Below, one piece after another: positions 29,309 through 38,779 of a stretch of 64,000 bases of DNA (position 1 is its first letter; every line of letters starts with the position of its first letter). Origin of the DNA: Poritiphilus flavus (GTDB taxonomy: Bacteria; Bacteroidota; Bacteroidia; Flavobacteriales; Flavobacteriaceae); contig NZ_WXYO01000002.1 in NCBI RefSeq assembly GCF_009901585.1, positions 92,769 to 156,768 of the forward strand. Reading direction: 5' to 3'. The notes under the pieces were generated by a model. That model was not told where the DNA came from. It saw only the letters and a list, made by a program, of their open reading frames with translations, and did no database searches. The position numbers and the translations under genes were made by a program.

Positions 29309-29382
29309 TGACCTCCACAGGATTCAAACCTGTAACCTCTTGAGCCGTAATCAAGTGCTCTATTCAGTTGAGCTAGGAGGCC
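29309..29382 (-). tRNA. tRNA-Arg (anticodon ACG). CCA not encoded
   Basis: Manual cloverleaf: acceptor GGCCTCC/GGAGGTC, D-arm GCTC…GAGC, anticodon stem CTTGA/TCAAG with loop TTACGGC, T-arm ACAGG-TTTGAAT-CCTGT. Confidence 0.85.
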
Positions 29383-29834
29383 TTTGTTATTAATGTTCTT
29401 AACGTACCCTTTTATGCCTTTGCTAAGGGAGGGCAAATATATTTCTTTTTGTACTTAAGGCAAAATAACCACGCACCAAATATTGGTAGCCATGCCATAG
29501 CCGAAGTGAATGCCTCGAACTAATTTCCGAGGGATTTGGTCGTTACGTAATAGCGCCAGCCGATGATGGCCAACTGAAATTTTGAGGCCTTAGACAAATC
29601 CAAACCCCGCTTTGAATAGGAGGGCAAAAAGAGCCTGTTGGCCCTGGCTAAAAAAGTAAATAAAGCCTTTTTCATCGGTCTGCTTATGTGGTAAAGGTAA
29701 GCAATGTCCCGGAATAGGCATTTCCCTAACCAAAGCGATACCTTCCCTCAATGCTCTTGTACTCTGGCTAACCACCCATTTCAGATACGGCCAATTCGCC
29801 CTAGTTTAAGATCAAATTCAAAAGATATGTCATT

Positions 29835-31136
29835 ATGAAAACAAAACTTCATTTACTTCTTATTCCGGCTGTGATCTTACTTGGAGGAGCCCTGCGCTTC
29901 TTCCCGGGTTCTCCGGAAAAGGCAAGAACAATAAAGCCTGAAAAAGGTTGTGTCTTCATGACCGTTATGGGGGAGCAGTCTTCCCTGGGCTTTGAACGCT
30001 ACAAATCTGATGAAAATATGGAACTGTCAGTCAGAGATGGACTTCAATGGTTGTCAAAAGCCCAGCTTCCCAACGGTGGTTACGGGGCAGGCAGCCACAG
30101 CGCCCAGCATATTAGGGACCCCCACGCGGTAAAAGCAGATCCAGCAACAACCGCCATGGTGGGTATGGCTTTCCTGAGAAGTGGTACTACACTTCAAAAA
30201 GGGATACACGCCAACCACCTGAAAAAAGCATTGAATTACCTGCTCGAAACCATAGAAAGCGCCGAGGCTGGATACCCCTATATCACCAAAGTCAGAAATA
30301 CCCAGATACAGACAAAACTAGGTGAGAATATAGACGCGGTGCTGGCTTCTCAATTCCTTTCCAGTATTTTGGACAGAGATCTGGAAGGTATTGATAGAAA
30401 ACGAGTTTCGCGATGTTTAGACATTTGTATCTCCAGGATCGAAGCAGGGACTGATGAGTCCGGTAAACAGAGAGGCGCAGGCTGGGCAGGAGTATTGCAA
30501 AGTGGCCTTGCCAGTAGTGCCCTGGAAGCCGCGCAGGCTGTCGGAGCTACGGTAGACGAGGTAATTGTAGAGCGGTCTAAATCCTATCAGAAAAGCAATT
30601 ATGATGAGAAAAACACCTCGGTTAAAACAACAGACGGCGCCGGGATAGTACTATATGCCGTAAGCGGAAGTGTAAGGGCTAGCGCCAAAGAAGCAAGAAA
30701 GGTCAAAAGTGATATGAAAAAAGCCCGTAAAGAAGGTAGAATTCCAACTGCGGCGGAAGTTAGCGTAGAGGTTCTGGAAGATATTGGCTATTCCAAAGAG
30801 GACGCTATGAAATACAATACCTCTTACGAAATTTACGAGTCTGCCAAGCTTATGGCCCAGGATGAAAAGGTTATGGACGGATTTGGAAACAATGGCGGAG
30901 AAGAATTCCTGAGCTATCTTCAAACAGGCGAGTCCTTGCTCGTTAGCAAAGACGAAAGCTGGAAGAAATGGTATGACGACATGAGCGGAAGGATTCTGAA
31001 GATCCAGAATTCAGACGGTAGCTGGAGCGGGCATCATTGTATCACTAGTCCCGTTTTCTGTACAGCCACCAGCCTCATGTTACTTACGGTTGAGGAAGAC
31101 ATTGATTTTTTACAGAAGATAGGAGAAGAAGGTTAG
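29835..31136 (+). CDS. Secreted prenyltransferase/squalene-oxidase-repeat (alpha/alpha-toroid) protein
   Basis: 'LQWLSKAQLPNGGYG' and 'NSDGSWSG' QW-type repeats. Signal peptide. Confidence 0.5.
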   Translation: MKTKLHLLLIPAVILLGGALRFFPGSPEKARTIKPEKGCVFMTVMGEQSSLGFERYKSDENMELSVRDGLQWLSKAQLPNGGYGAGSHSAQHIRDPHAVKADPATTAMVGMAFLRSGTTLQKGIHANHLKKALNYLLETIESAEAGYPYITKVRNTQIQTKLGENIDAVLASQFLSSILDRDLEGIDRKRVSRCLDICISRIEAGTDESGKQRGAGWAGVLQSGLASSALEAAQAVGATVDEVIVERSKSYQKSNYDEKNTSVKTTDGAGIVLYAVSGSVRASAKEARKVKSDMKKARKEGRIPTAAEVSVEVLEDIGYSKEDAMKYNTSYEIYESAKLMAQDEKVMDGFGNNGGEEFLSYLQTGESLLVSKDESWKKWYDDMSGRILKIQNSDGSWSGHHCITSPVFCTATSLMLLTVEEDIDFLQKIGEEG

Positions 31137-31250
31137 TTGGCAGTCCTCCTTCGCTAAAGCTTCGGAGGATGAAATCAGTTGGCAGTAAACAGTTATAACT
31201 TTTAACACTTAAAACCTTTTAAACTTCAACTTAAACAGTCATCAAATTAA

Positions 31251-31281
31251 GCGCCCACCTCTATTAGGTGGGCGCTTTACT
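31251..31281. terminator. Bidirectional intrinsic terminator between convergent genes
   Basis: gcgcccacct-ctatt-aggtgggcgc, a 10-bp GC-rich stem, then TTT. Confidence 0.65.
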
Positions 31282-31330
31282 GATGGTCCATTAGCATCAA
31301 TAGTATTGGTAGTAGGGCATGGCTGTTTGA

Positions 31331-32671
31331 TTATTTGGATTTGGTTTTAGTCTCCATCATCTTTTTGGCCAGTTCAGCTCCTATCAGGGACTGCAGCAGA
31401 TTGCCGTCATTAGAGCTGGTTTTTCCGCCTTCTATATAGATGTCTGGCAATTTAAGCTCCTTGAGTTCCCTGGCTACACCGACCGAGGTTTTATATTCCC
31501 ATTCAGCGCGCTCCTGGGGTGTAAGACCAGCAGTTACCAATTTGGCATTCTGATAAGCTTCCGCATCCGCTGCAACCTTTTTGCTCTGAGCCTTGAACTT
31601 CTCCACCTCAAACTGCTTCTTCTCCTTTACCAGGTTAAATTCAGCAACTTTGGCTTCGGTCTCAGCCGCGATGGTTTTTTGGATCTGCTCCTTTTCCAGT
31701 CGGGCACGCTCGGCGGCTTTTTCAGCCTCACCACGAGCCTTTTCTTTCTGAGCGCGATAAAACTCTCTTTCGGCCTGCTGCTTTTCAAGTTGAGTTTGTG
31801 CAACTTCCTCTTTTTGCAACTGTAGCCGCTTGTCAAAAGTCTCTTCCCAATCAATTTCGGTAACCACTGCCTGAACTACGGTTAGTCCGTACGCTCTAAG
31901 GGAATTTCCCTCTTCGCGAATTGGCATGCCGTTCTCCCTTTTGATACGGAAGCGCTTCTGCTTGGTTTCTTTGTTGATCACGGTGCGGACAGTGGCGCTA
32001 TCGCCAATGATATCCTTGCGCTCGTTCTCAACATACTCCTCGAGTACGTACATTCCGTTTTCGAGCTGATCTTTAAAATACCTGTCAAAATCTGAGGCCT
32101 GGCCAGAGATATAATCCTGGGCGTCCATAAGTTTACAGGTGTTCTTTATAGACTGATCAATGTTGGGAATGATACGTGAACGAATCATATTTTGCTCTGT
32201 TTTGTTTCGATCTGCCACGGAAAGAAATTGTGCTTCGTCTTCCGTATTGATGCTGATCACTACAGAAGTAGCGATTCTGGCTTTTACAGCGTCACTGAAT
32301 GCCCAGTACTTGGCTGCATCCACGTTGGCGTATTCGCTCTGCTCTCCCAACTCGCCATCCCTGCCGGGTATGACATACTTAATGGGTAGTTCAAATTGAA
32401 TGGGTATAAGCCTTCCCCACATCTTGGTGTTGATCCCCTGCCGGAAAACAGCTTTCTGGCCACCCCAGGGGTACTGGACCGCATAAGCGGTTCCGGGCTC
32501 TGCATAAAATAGTAGTCCGGTAAAAATACTCATTAGGATACCTAAGAGGATGATCTGAAGGCTCCTTCTCTGGTTAAACCAATTGAGCAGACTAATATTC
32601 TTAAATATAGGTTTGGCGATAAGGGTGATTACGCCAATAATTATGATAAATATTCCTAAGAAAGTTAACAT
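31331..32671 (-). CDS. SPFH/flotillin-like (YqiK-type) membrane protein with a long coiled-coil
   Basis: N-terminal TM helices, then an E/K/A-rich coiled coil and flotillin-like C-terminus 'IEGGKTSSNDGNLLQSLIGAEL'. Confidence 0.5.
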   Translation of the reverse strand: MLTFLGIFIIIIGVITLIAKPIFKNISLLNWFNQRRSLQIILLGILMSIFTGLLFYAEPGTAYAVQYPWGGQKAVFRQGINTKMWGRLIPIQFELPIKYVIPGRDGELGEQSEYANVDAAKYWAFSDAVKARIATSVVISINTEDEAQFLSVADRNKTEQNMIRSRIIPNIDQSIKNTCKLMDAQDYISGQASDFDRYFKDQLENGMYVLEEYVENERKDIIGDSATVRTVINKETKQKRFRIKRENGMPIREEGNSLRAYGLTVVQAVVTEIDWEETFDKRLQLQKEEVAQTQLEKQQAEREFYRAQKEKARGEAEKAAERARLEKEQIQKTIAAETEAKVAEFNLVKEKKQFEVEKFKAQSKKVAADAEAYQNAKLVTAGLTPQERAEWEYKTSVGVARELKELKLPDIYIEGGKTSSNDGNLLQSLIGAELAKKMMETKTKSK

Positions 32672-33062
32672 AGTGAAAAGTTTAGAGGTTAGAAGATAGG
32701 ATAATGATAAGCAGACTCACGAGGAGTTTGGCTAAAGTGATCATAGTGGGTGGAATTAGCGGTTAATAATTAGTTGTTGATACTTGTGATGCATAATCGA
32801 TTATCCAATCAATATATATCAGAAAGAACCATATTTGCTAACGAATTTGAAAGAATTAATGGATTTGAATATAGATATGTAAGCAAATAAATGATCAGAC
32901 TTACAATATTTAGAAGTGGGTCTTGGACAAAGTTTTAATTAATAAGTAGAAAACTATCCCATAGCTCGGAAGTATAAGAATTGAAGGGGCTTTTTTGGGC
33001 GAATTTGATTTTGCAAGGCGAATTTTTTCTAAAAAATAACGGTTTTCGGTCATTTCATCTTT

Positions 33063-33098
33063 GAAAAATAAAAAAACCGATAGTATTACCATCGGTTT
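33063..33098 (-). terminator. Rho-independent terminator after the BlaR1-like gene
   Basis: Minus strand: aaccgatgg-taatac-tatcggtt followed by TTTTTTTATTTTT. Confidence 0.7.
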
Positions 33099-33146
33099 TC
33101 CAAACTACTTAAATACTCCTTCAGATGCGCTTGGAGATCTTCAAGA

Positions 33147-34817
33147 TCACGATTTGGTTGTGATTTCCACAACACCGTATTTTGCCCTTTCACCGTATTT
33201 TTTGAGGGCCCCTTCTCCCTTACTCACATCTATGGACTCGATGTCGTCCGGTGAAAGGGATTTGAAGGTCTTTTCATCGACTTCCTCCCCGTCCAGAATG
33301 TATAGCGGAGGGTTACCACCGGTATGATCCGAAAAGAAAAAATTAGGCCCATCTGAACTGATGACCTCTACGTCGTGCTCATCGTCCGAGTCTCTCAATA
33401 TCATTACATTACTGGAGGAGTTCCTTCCAATGCGTTCTACCTTGATTTTACTGTTATGAAATTCTCCGTCCTCTTTGAGCTTTTCATACTCCTCTCGGCT
33501 GACTTCCTCTCCGTCTATTAAAATGCGTTCCTCTCCGTCTTCTTCCAGGATCTCTATAACCTTTCCATCATGCTTCCCACTATGGACCCAAACGGATTGA
33601 CCTCCCCTTTGGTGAAGCATCTCTGGATGTGAGGGCTCGCCCCCCATGGAGAATACCTGATTCTCCGGATCGTAGTAAATGGTAATAGGATCTATAGGCT
33701 CTCCGTCATTATCGTATTTGGACGAAGCGGAAAACTGCTTTCCTTCTTTTTCTATCCCACCCATATGAATGGATATATTGGTGATTTCACGGTCGTTATT
33801 CCGAATGACATCGTATGAGAAGTCCACACCTTTTTTGGCAAGGTCCTTCTTCATTTTCTGAAGTTCATTTTCGGAAGTCTTCTTGTCTATAGTGATCTCT
33901 ATGATCTTTTGCCCGGTCAGGGTCATGGCAAAAGGCTGCTGTAGCTGCCCGTCCGGAACATAGATCTCTGCCGTGTTGAAACTAAACAAAAAGATGGCTA
34001 AAGCCGGTAAGACCAGCATGGCCCTCAGAACCCTGGTTTTACTTGATCTGGATCTTTGTAACATAACTATTCGTTTTTTGATTAATGAATTGAAAAAATG
34101 GTTCGTAATAGCCGTGCAAAAGGGGTTTCCGGATACCTTTAGCATGGTGTATTGATAGGCTTTAACGGAAGATTCTTCCTTAATGGCGCTGGCATCTGCC
34201 AGGAACTCCAGGTTTTGCTGTATGGTCTTCCTATACAACCAGCTTACCGGGTTTAACCAGAATACTACGGTCAGTAAATTTGCCAACAAAACATCCACCG
34301 TATGCACCTGTTTACAATGTACTTTTTCATGCCTTAGGATGGCTTGCAGTTCCGTGGCTTTGTAGCTGGATGGATTGTATACGATATAATTAAAAAATGA
34401 AAAAGGCGCCAGGGTTTGTTCTGTTTCTACAAACACATATTTGCCCTCTCTGCGTTTTGGGTTGATACCGAGGATACGCCTGAGTGAAAATAGCTGCACC
34501 CCCAGCCTGATCAGCAGGATCAGCACTCCGCTTAAGTATATCAATGCAAGTGGTAACCACCAATTGAATGCCGCTGATTCTTCAATTGCAATTCCCTGAG
34601 AAAAGCTGTCTTCTGTAACCGTAACAGGAAGCGGTGCTACCTCTACATATCGGACCAGCGTGATCAATGGAAACAGTATGGAAAACAATATTCCGGCCAC
34701 TAAAAAGTGCCTGTTCAGGGAGAAGAAGGTCTCGTTTCTTAGGAGTAACTGATAGATCCCATAGAATAAAAGCAGTATAAACGACGACTTTAGAAAATAG
34801 ATAAAAAAGGCTTCCAT
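33147..34817 (-). CDS. BlaR1/MecR1-family M56 peptidase signal transducer with a large non-canonical C-terminal domain
   Basis: 4 TM helices. 'LRHEKVHCKQVHTVDVLLANL' = M56 HExxH. Confidence 0.8.
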   Translation of the reverse strand: MEAFFIYFLKSSFILLLFYGIYQLLLRNETFFSLNRHFLVAGILFSILFPLITLVRYVEVAPLPVTVTEDSFSQGIAIEESAAFNWWLPLALIYLSGVLILLIRLGVQLFSLRRILGINPKRREGKYVFVETEQTLAPFSFFNYIVYNPSSYKATELQAILRHEKVHCKQVHTVDVLLANLLTVVFWLNPVSWLYRKTIQQNLEFLADASAIKEESSVKAYQYTMLKVSGNPFCTAITNHFFNSLIKKRIVMLQRSRSSKTRVLRAMLVLPALAIFLFSFNTAEIYVPDGQLQQPFAMTLTGQKIIEITIDKKTSENELQKMKKDLAKKGVDFSYDVIRNNDREITNISIHMGGIEKEGKQFSASSKYDNDGEPIDPITIYYDPENQVFSMGGEPSHPEMLHQRGGQSVWVHSGKHDGKVIEILEEDGEERILIDGEEVSREEYEKLKEDGEFHNSKIKVERIGRNSSSNVMILRDSDDEHDVEVISSDGPNFFFSDHTGGNPPLYILDGEEVDEKTFKSLSPDDIESIDVSKGEGALKKYGERAKYGVVEITTKS

Positions 34818-35176
34818 TACTTGGTTTTTTCGATGAGATCTATGATTTCCTTTAATTCTTTTACCGAGATCTTTTCTTCCTTGGCAAAATGTGAGACCAG
34901 ATTCTTGAAAGAATTGTCATAATAGTCCGCTATAGTAGCGTTGATGTAGCGCTTGCGGTAAGCCTCTTTAGAAACCAGCGGGTAGTACCGGTGAGTGTTT
35001 CCAAAGGCCTCGTAAGACACATACTTTTTGTCTTCCAGGTTACGAACAATGGTGGACAGCGTATTGTAGTGCGGCTTGTCTTTCTTAAATTCCGCCCGGA
35101 TCTCCTTAACAAAGGCCTTTTTAAGCCTCCAAAGGATCTTCATCACTTCTTCTTCCTTATTGGTTAACTTTTGCAT
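34817..35176 (-). CDS. BlaI/MecI/CopY-family transcriptional repressor
   Basis: 119-aa winged helix 'EEEVMKILWRLKKAFVKEI'. Stop overlaps the blaR1-like start. Confidence 0.85.
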   Translation of the reverse strand: MQKLTNKEEEVMKILWRLKKAFVKEIRAEFKKDKPHYNTLSTIVRNLEDKKYVSYEAFGNTHRYYPLVSKEAYRKRYINATIADYYDNSFKNLVSHFAKEEKISVKELKEIIDLIEKTK

Positions 35177-35190
35177 ATTCCTGCTGTTTT

Positions 35191-36279
35191 CTATTGAGGT
35201 TGTATTTTGTTTATCACGATGCCAGCTATCTCACTGGCTATGCTCTCACTAATATCCCCGGATTTGTTGGACGAAACGATTATGGTGATCTCTTCGCTCA
35301 GGTATCTCCAGAAATCGGCAAAGAAAATGCCGTTCCCACCATTGTGGGCCACAAGATAAGTATCCCGGGGAGTAGGGAAGAGGGCCCATCCATAGCCGTA
35401 GTAAGACCTTCCTTCAGGGTCTTCCTTAATATGCCTGTAGTAGTACTTCTCTTTGGCCTCCTGGGATAGCACAGTATCCCCCAGTAATGCCAAATGCCAT
35501 TTATAAAGATCCTCTACGGTAGATAAGATACCGCCATTTCCCTTTAGATGTAAATAGGGACCATCCTTGGCCCATTTCTTTTCCGTAGGCTTACCCCAGC
35601 GGTTTTTTCCACGATAGCCTACAGCGATATCCGCGGTGTTCCATTCTCCCAGCAAATAGCCCGTATGATGCATATCTGCGGGTAAGAAAAGAAATTCTCT
35701 AAGAAAGGCCTCATAGCTCATCCCGCTTACCTTTTCGATGATAATAGCCAATAGACTATATCCGACGTTGGAGTAATGGTAGGTTTTCCCAACGCGTTTG
35801 GCATTGACACTTTTAAACGCTTTTGAAATAAACTCATTTTCGGAAATGGAGTTGTAATCACCGCCAATGGCCCCGGGCATCCCGGCAGAATGGGTGAGGA
35901 GATGGTGCAGGCTAATTTCCTGCAGTTTCGCCGGTACCCCATCCAGGTATGCGGATATCTTATCTTGGGTGGATAGTTTTCCCTGCATTTCCAGCTTCAG
36001 TATGGCAGCCGCCGTAAATTGCTTGGTAACCGAACCGATATCGAAGACCGTTTCCGGATCGTTCTGCAACTTATTGTCAAAATCGGCATACCCATATCCT
36101 CCCGACCAGATCTTCCGGCCGTTCAGTCCTAACAATACCGTTCCTGAAAAGCCTTCGCTTTCAGCATCGCTCATAAAAGTTTCAATCTCTTTAGTTAGCT
36201 CTTTTTCCTTGGGATCCTGACAGAATAGATGCTGGCAACTCAAAACCGAAAAGAGTATGAAAACGAATAACTTTTGCAT
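35191..36279 (-). CDS. Secreted serine hydrolase, class-C beta-lactamase family
   Basis: 'IGSVTKQFTAAAIL' S-x-x-K motif, 'YSNVGY'. Confidence 0.75.
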   Translation of the reverse strand: MQKLFVFILFSVLSCQHLFCQDPKEKELTKEIETFMSDAESEGFSGTVLLGLNGRKIWSGGYGYADFDNKLQNDPETVFDIGSVTKQFTAAAILKLEMQGKLSTQDKISAYLDGVPAKLQEISLHHLLTHSAGMPGAIGGDYNSISENEFISKAFKSVNAKRVGKTYHYSNVGYSLLAIIIEKVSGMSYEAFLREFLFLPADMHHTGYLLGEWNTADIAVGYRGKNRWGKPTEKKWAKDGPYLHLKGNGGILSTVEDLYKWHLALLGDTVLSQEAKEKYYYRHIKEDPEGRSYYGYGWALFPTPRDTYLVAHNGGNGIFFADFWRYLSEEITIIVSSNKSGDISESIASEIAGIVINKIQPQ

Positions 36280-36439
36280 ATTGATTTTTGAATTAACAAT
36301 CCAAACATATTACTAATTTTTTAGTTGAACAACTATTTTTATAGTTATTTAACTAAATTTTTAGGAATGGTAAATTGGGCCTCTAAGCTTAATGCTTTGA
36401 AAATTGAAATCTTAGGTTATATTTACCAAAACTCTATGC

Positions 36440-37378
36440 ATGCTGGACCTGCTTTTTATTCTATTGGGACTCTTCCTATTAATACTCGGCGGGCATTGGC
36501 TGCTAAAATCTGCTGTCGCTTTTTCTTTGCGTCTAAGCATCCCAAAAATTGTGATAGGAATGACGGTGGTATCCTTTGCCACTTCTGCTCCGGAACTTAT
36601 TGTGAGCATTAAAGCCGCCCTGGATGGATTTCCGGACTTGGCCTTGGGCAATGTGGTAGGGTCTAACATAGCGAATTTGGGTTTGGTATTGGCAGTTACC
36701 ATCATTCTGGGGAGTATAGAAGTCAGGCGCAGTTTCTATACCACGGATTGGCCGGTGATGATGTTGGCCTCATTGCTCTTTTTCGGATTTATTTTCTTCG
36801 ATGGTTTACTTGAACAGTATGAAGGAGCGATCATGTTCATCTTTTTGTTCATTTTCCTGGTGTACCTGCTGAGATTTCAGAAGCAGGCCGTAGTGGACGA
36901 ACTCCCGGAAGACGATGTGCTCATGCCCTTGTACAAATCCGTACTTTTTCTGGGACTTGGAGGTACCGCGCTTTGGGGAGGTTCGGAATTGCTTATTTCA
37001 GGTGCCGTAGGAATGGCCAGCAGCTTAGGTGTTAGTGAACGGGTCATAGGAATAACCGTAGTCTCCGTGGGTACCAGTATTCCGGAATTGGCTGCTTCGG
37101 TCTTTGCCATATTAAAGAAGGAAAAAGCGATCTCTGTTGGGAACCTGATCGGATCAAATATCTTTAACCTGCTGGCTGTTTTAGGTATTACCTCCATGAT
37201 CGCACCAATAACCGTCATGGACGAAACCTTATTGACCAATGATATTTTCTGGATGCTGGGGATCTCCTTCCTGATCCTTCCCCTGGTGTTTTTCCCAAAA
37301 GGACTGCGATTGGGTTGGCGGGATGGTCTGGTTCTTATTGCCGTCTACACCCTCTTTATCTTCCTTACACTAAATTGA
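36440..37378 (+). CDS. Ca2+/Na+ antiporter (CaCA family, YrbG-like)
   Basis: Two alpha-repeats 'GNVVGSNIANL' and 'GNLIGSNIFNL'. ~10 TM helices. Confidence 0.75.
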   Translation: MLDLLFILLGLFLLILGGHWLLKSAVAFSLRLSIPKIVIGMTVVSFATSAPELIVSIKAALDGFPDLALGNVVGSNIANLGLVLAVTIILGSIEVRRSFYTTDWPVMMLASLLFFGFIFFDGLLEQYEGAIMFIFLFIFLVYLLRFQKQAVVDELPEDDVLMPLYKSVLFLGLGGTALWGGSELLISGAVGMASSLGVSERVIGITVVSVGTSIPELAASVFAILKKEKAISVGNLIGSNIFNLLAVLGITSMIAPITVMDETLLTNDIFWMLGISFLILPLVFFPKGLRLGWRDGLVLIAVYTLFIFLTLN

Positions 37379-37489
37379 AAAAATAAGTATTCCTGGTTTA
37401 TCCTGGAAGTTTGATCTTCGATCCAAAGACCTGTACTGTTTGTAGTTTTAATTGCGAGTAGTTATCAGTTCTATACGGCTTGATGCAAT

Positions 37490-37523
37490 AAAAAAACCCG
37501 TGAGCCATCTCACGAGTTTTTCC
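37490..37523. terminator. Bidirectional intrinsic terminator
   Basis: cccgtgag-ccat-ctcacgag with T-tracts on both strands. Confidence 0.6.
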
Positions 37524-37542
37524 TTATTTATCTATTCAACAA

Positions 37543-38568
37543 TTAATTTGCAGCGGCAGTTACTTCTGCACCTTTCACAGTCTTAACGATCCTACCTGCA
37601 ATTTTGTATGGGTCTCCGTTAGAAGCAGGTCTTCTGTCTTCTAACCAACCTTTCCAACCTCTTTCTACAGTGGCAATAGGGATCCTGATGGAAGCTCCTC
37701 TATCCGATACACCGTAGCTGAAATCGTTGATTGATGCGGTTTCGTGCAATCCTGTCAGACGTTGGTCATTGAACTCGCCGTAAACTGCGATGTGCTCCTT
37801 GGCCACTGGTCTGAAGGCCTCACAGATCTGCTCATAAACTTCTTTAGAACCGGCGTTACGCAGGGTTGAGTTAGAGAAGTTGGCATGCATACCAGATCCG
37901 TTCCAGTCACCTTTAATTGGTTTCGGGTGATACTCTATATAGTAACCGTATTGCTCAGTAAGACGATCTAACAGATAACGCGCAACCCAAACCTGGTCAC
38001 CAGCGGTTTTTGCTCCTTTGGCAAAGATCTGAAACTCCCACTGTCCACTGGCCACTTCCTGGTTGATCCCCTCAAAGTTGATCCCAGCTTCCAGACAAAG
38101 GTCTGCGTGTTCCTCCACAAAATCCCTTCCGTGAGTGTTTTTCCCCCCAACAGAGCAGTAGTAAAGCCCTTGAGGTCCTGGATACCCGCCAACAGGAAAT
38201 CCTAGTGGCAATTGGGTGTCTTTATCCATGATAAAGTACTCCTGCTCAAAACCAAACCAAAAATCGTTGTCGTCATCGTCAATTCTCGCCCTGTGATTGC
38301 TCTCATGTGGCGTTCCGTCCGCATTGAGAACTTCTGTCATTACCAGATAACCGTTTTTTCTGGCCGGGTCTGGAAAAATTGCAACAGGTTTTAGTAAACA
38401 GTCCGAAGAATTACCCTCAGCCTGCAAGGTAGAACTTCCGTCAAATGACCAAATCGGACAGTCTTCAAGTTTTCCACTAAAGTTATCCTCAATTTTCGTT
38501 TTGCTTCTCATATTTTGGGTAGGTGTATACCCATCTAACCATATGTACTCTAATTTAGATTTACTCAT
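37543..38568 (-). CDS. Glutamine synthetase, type II (eukaryote-like, ~340 aa)
   Basis: 'LEYIWLDGYTPTQNMRSK…' GSII N-terminus. Catalytic C-terminal domain present. Confidence 0.8.
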   Translation of the reverse strand: MSKSKLEYIWLDGYTPTQNMRSKTKIEDNFSGKLEDCPIWSFDGSSTLQAEGNSSDCLLKPVAIFPDPARKNGYLVMTEVLNADGTPHESNHRARIDDDDNDFWFGFEQEYFIMDKDTQLPLGFPVGGYPGPQGLYYCSVGGKNTHGRDFVEEHADLCLEAGINFEGINQEVASGQWEFQIFAKGAKTAGDQVWVARYLLDRLTEQYGYYIEYHPKPIKGDWNGSGMHANFSNSTLRNAGSKEVYEQICEAFRPVAKEHIAVYGEFNDQRLTGLHETASINDFSYGVSDRGASIRIPIATVERGWKGWLEDRRPASNGDPYKIAGRIVKTVKGAEVTAAAN

Positions 38569-38779
38569 AATACCAAAGGATTAGTTTAATTTAAATGACC
38601 GTCAAAAATATACCTTTTCTTAGTACCTCCACAATAAAATTAGGGGTAAATATCAAAAATTTGGATATAATTATTAACACCCCCTTTTTTCTAAGGGTAT
38701 TTTATAAAAAATGTATTATTTAAGGCCAATTCTTTTAAATGTTTAATTTTGCGATTCAACCGAAACCAAAAAAAGAAAC

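Noticed and set aside
36325-36612. 95-aa ORF upstream of and overlapping the CaCA antiporter
   Set aside because: It is out of frame with and overlaps the transporter N-terminus. Its cysteine- and arginine-rich low-complexity translation lacks any domain.
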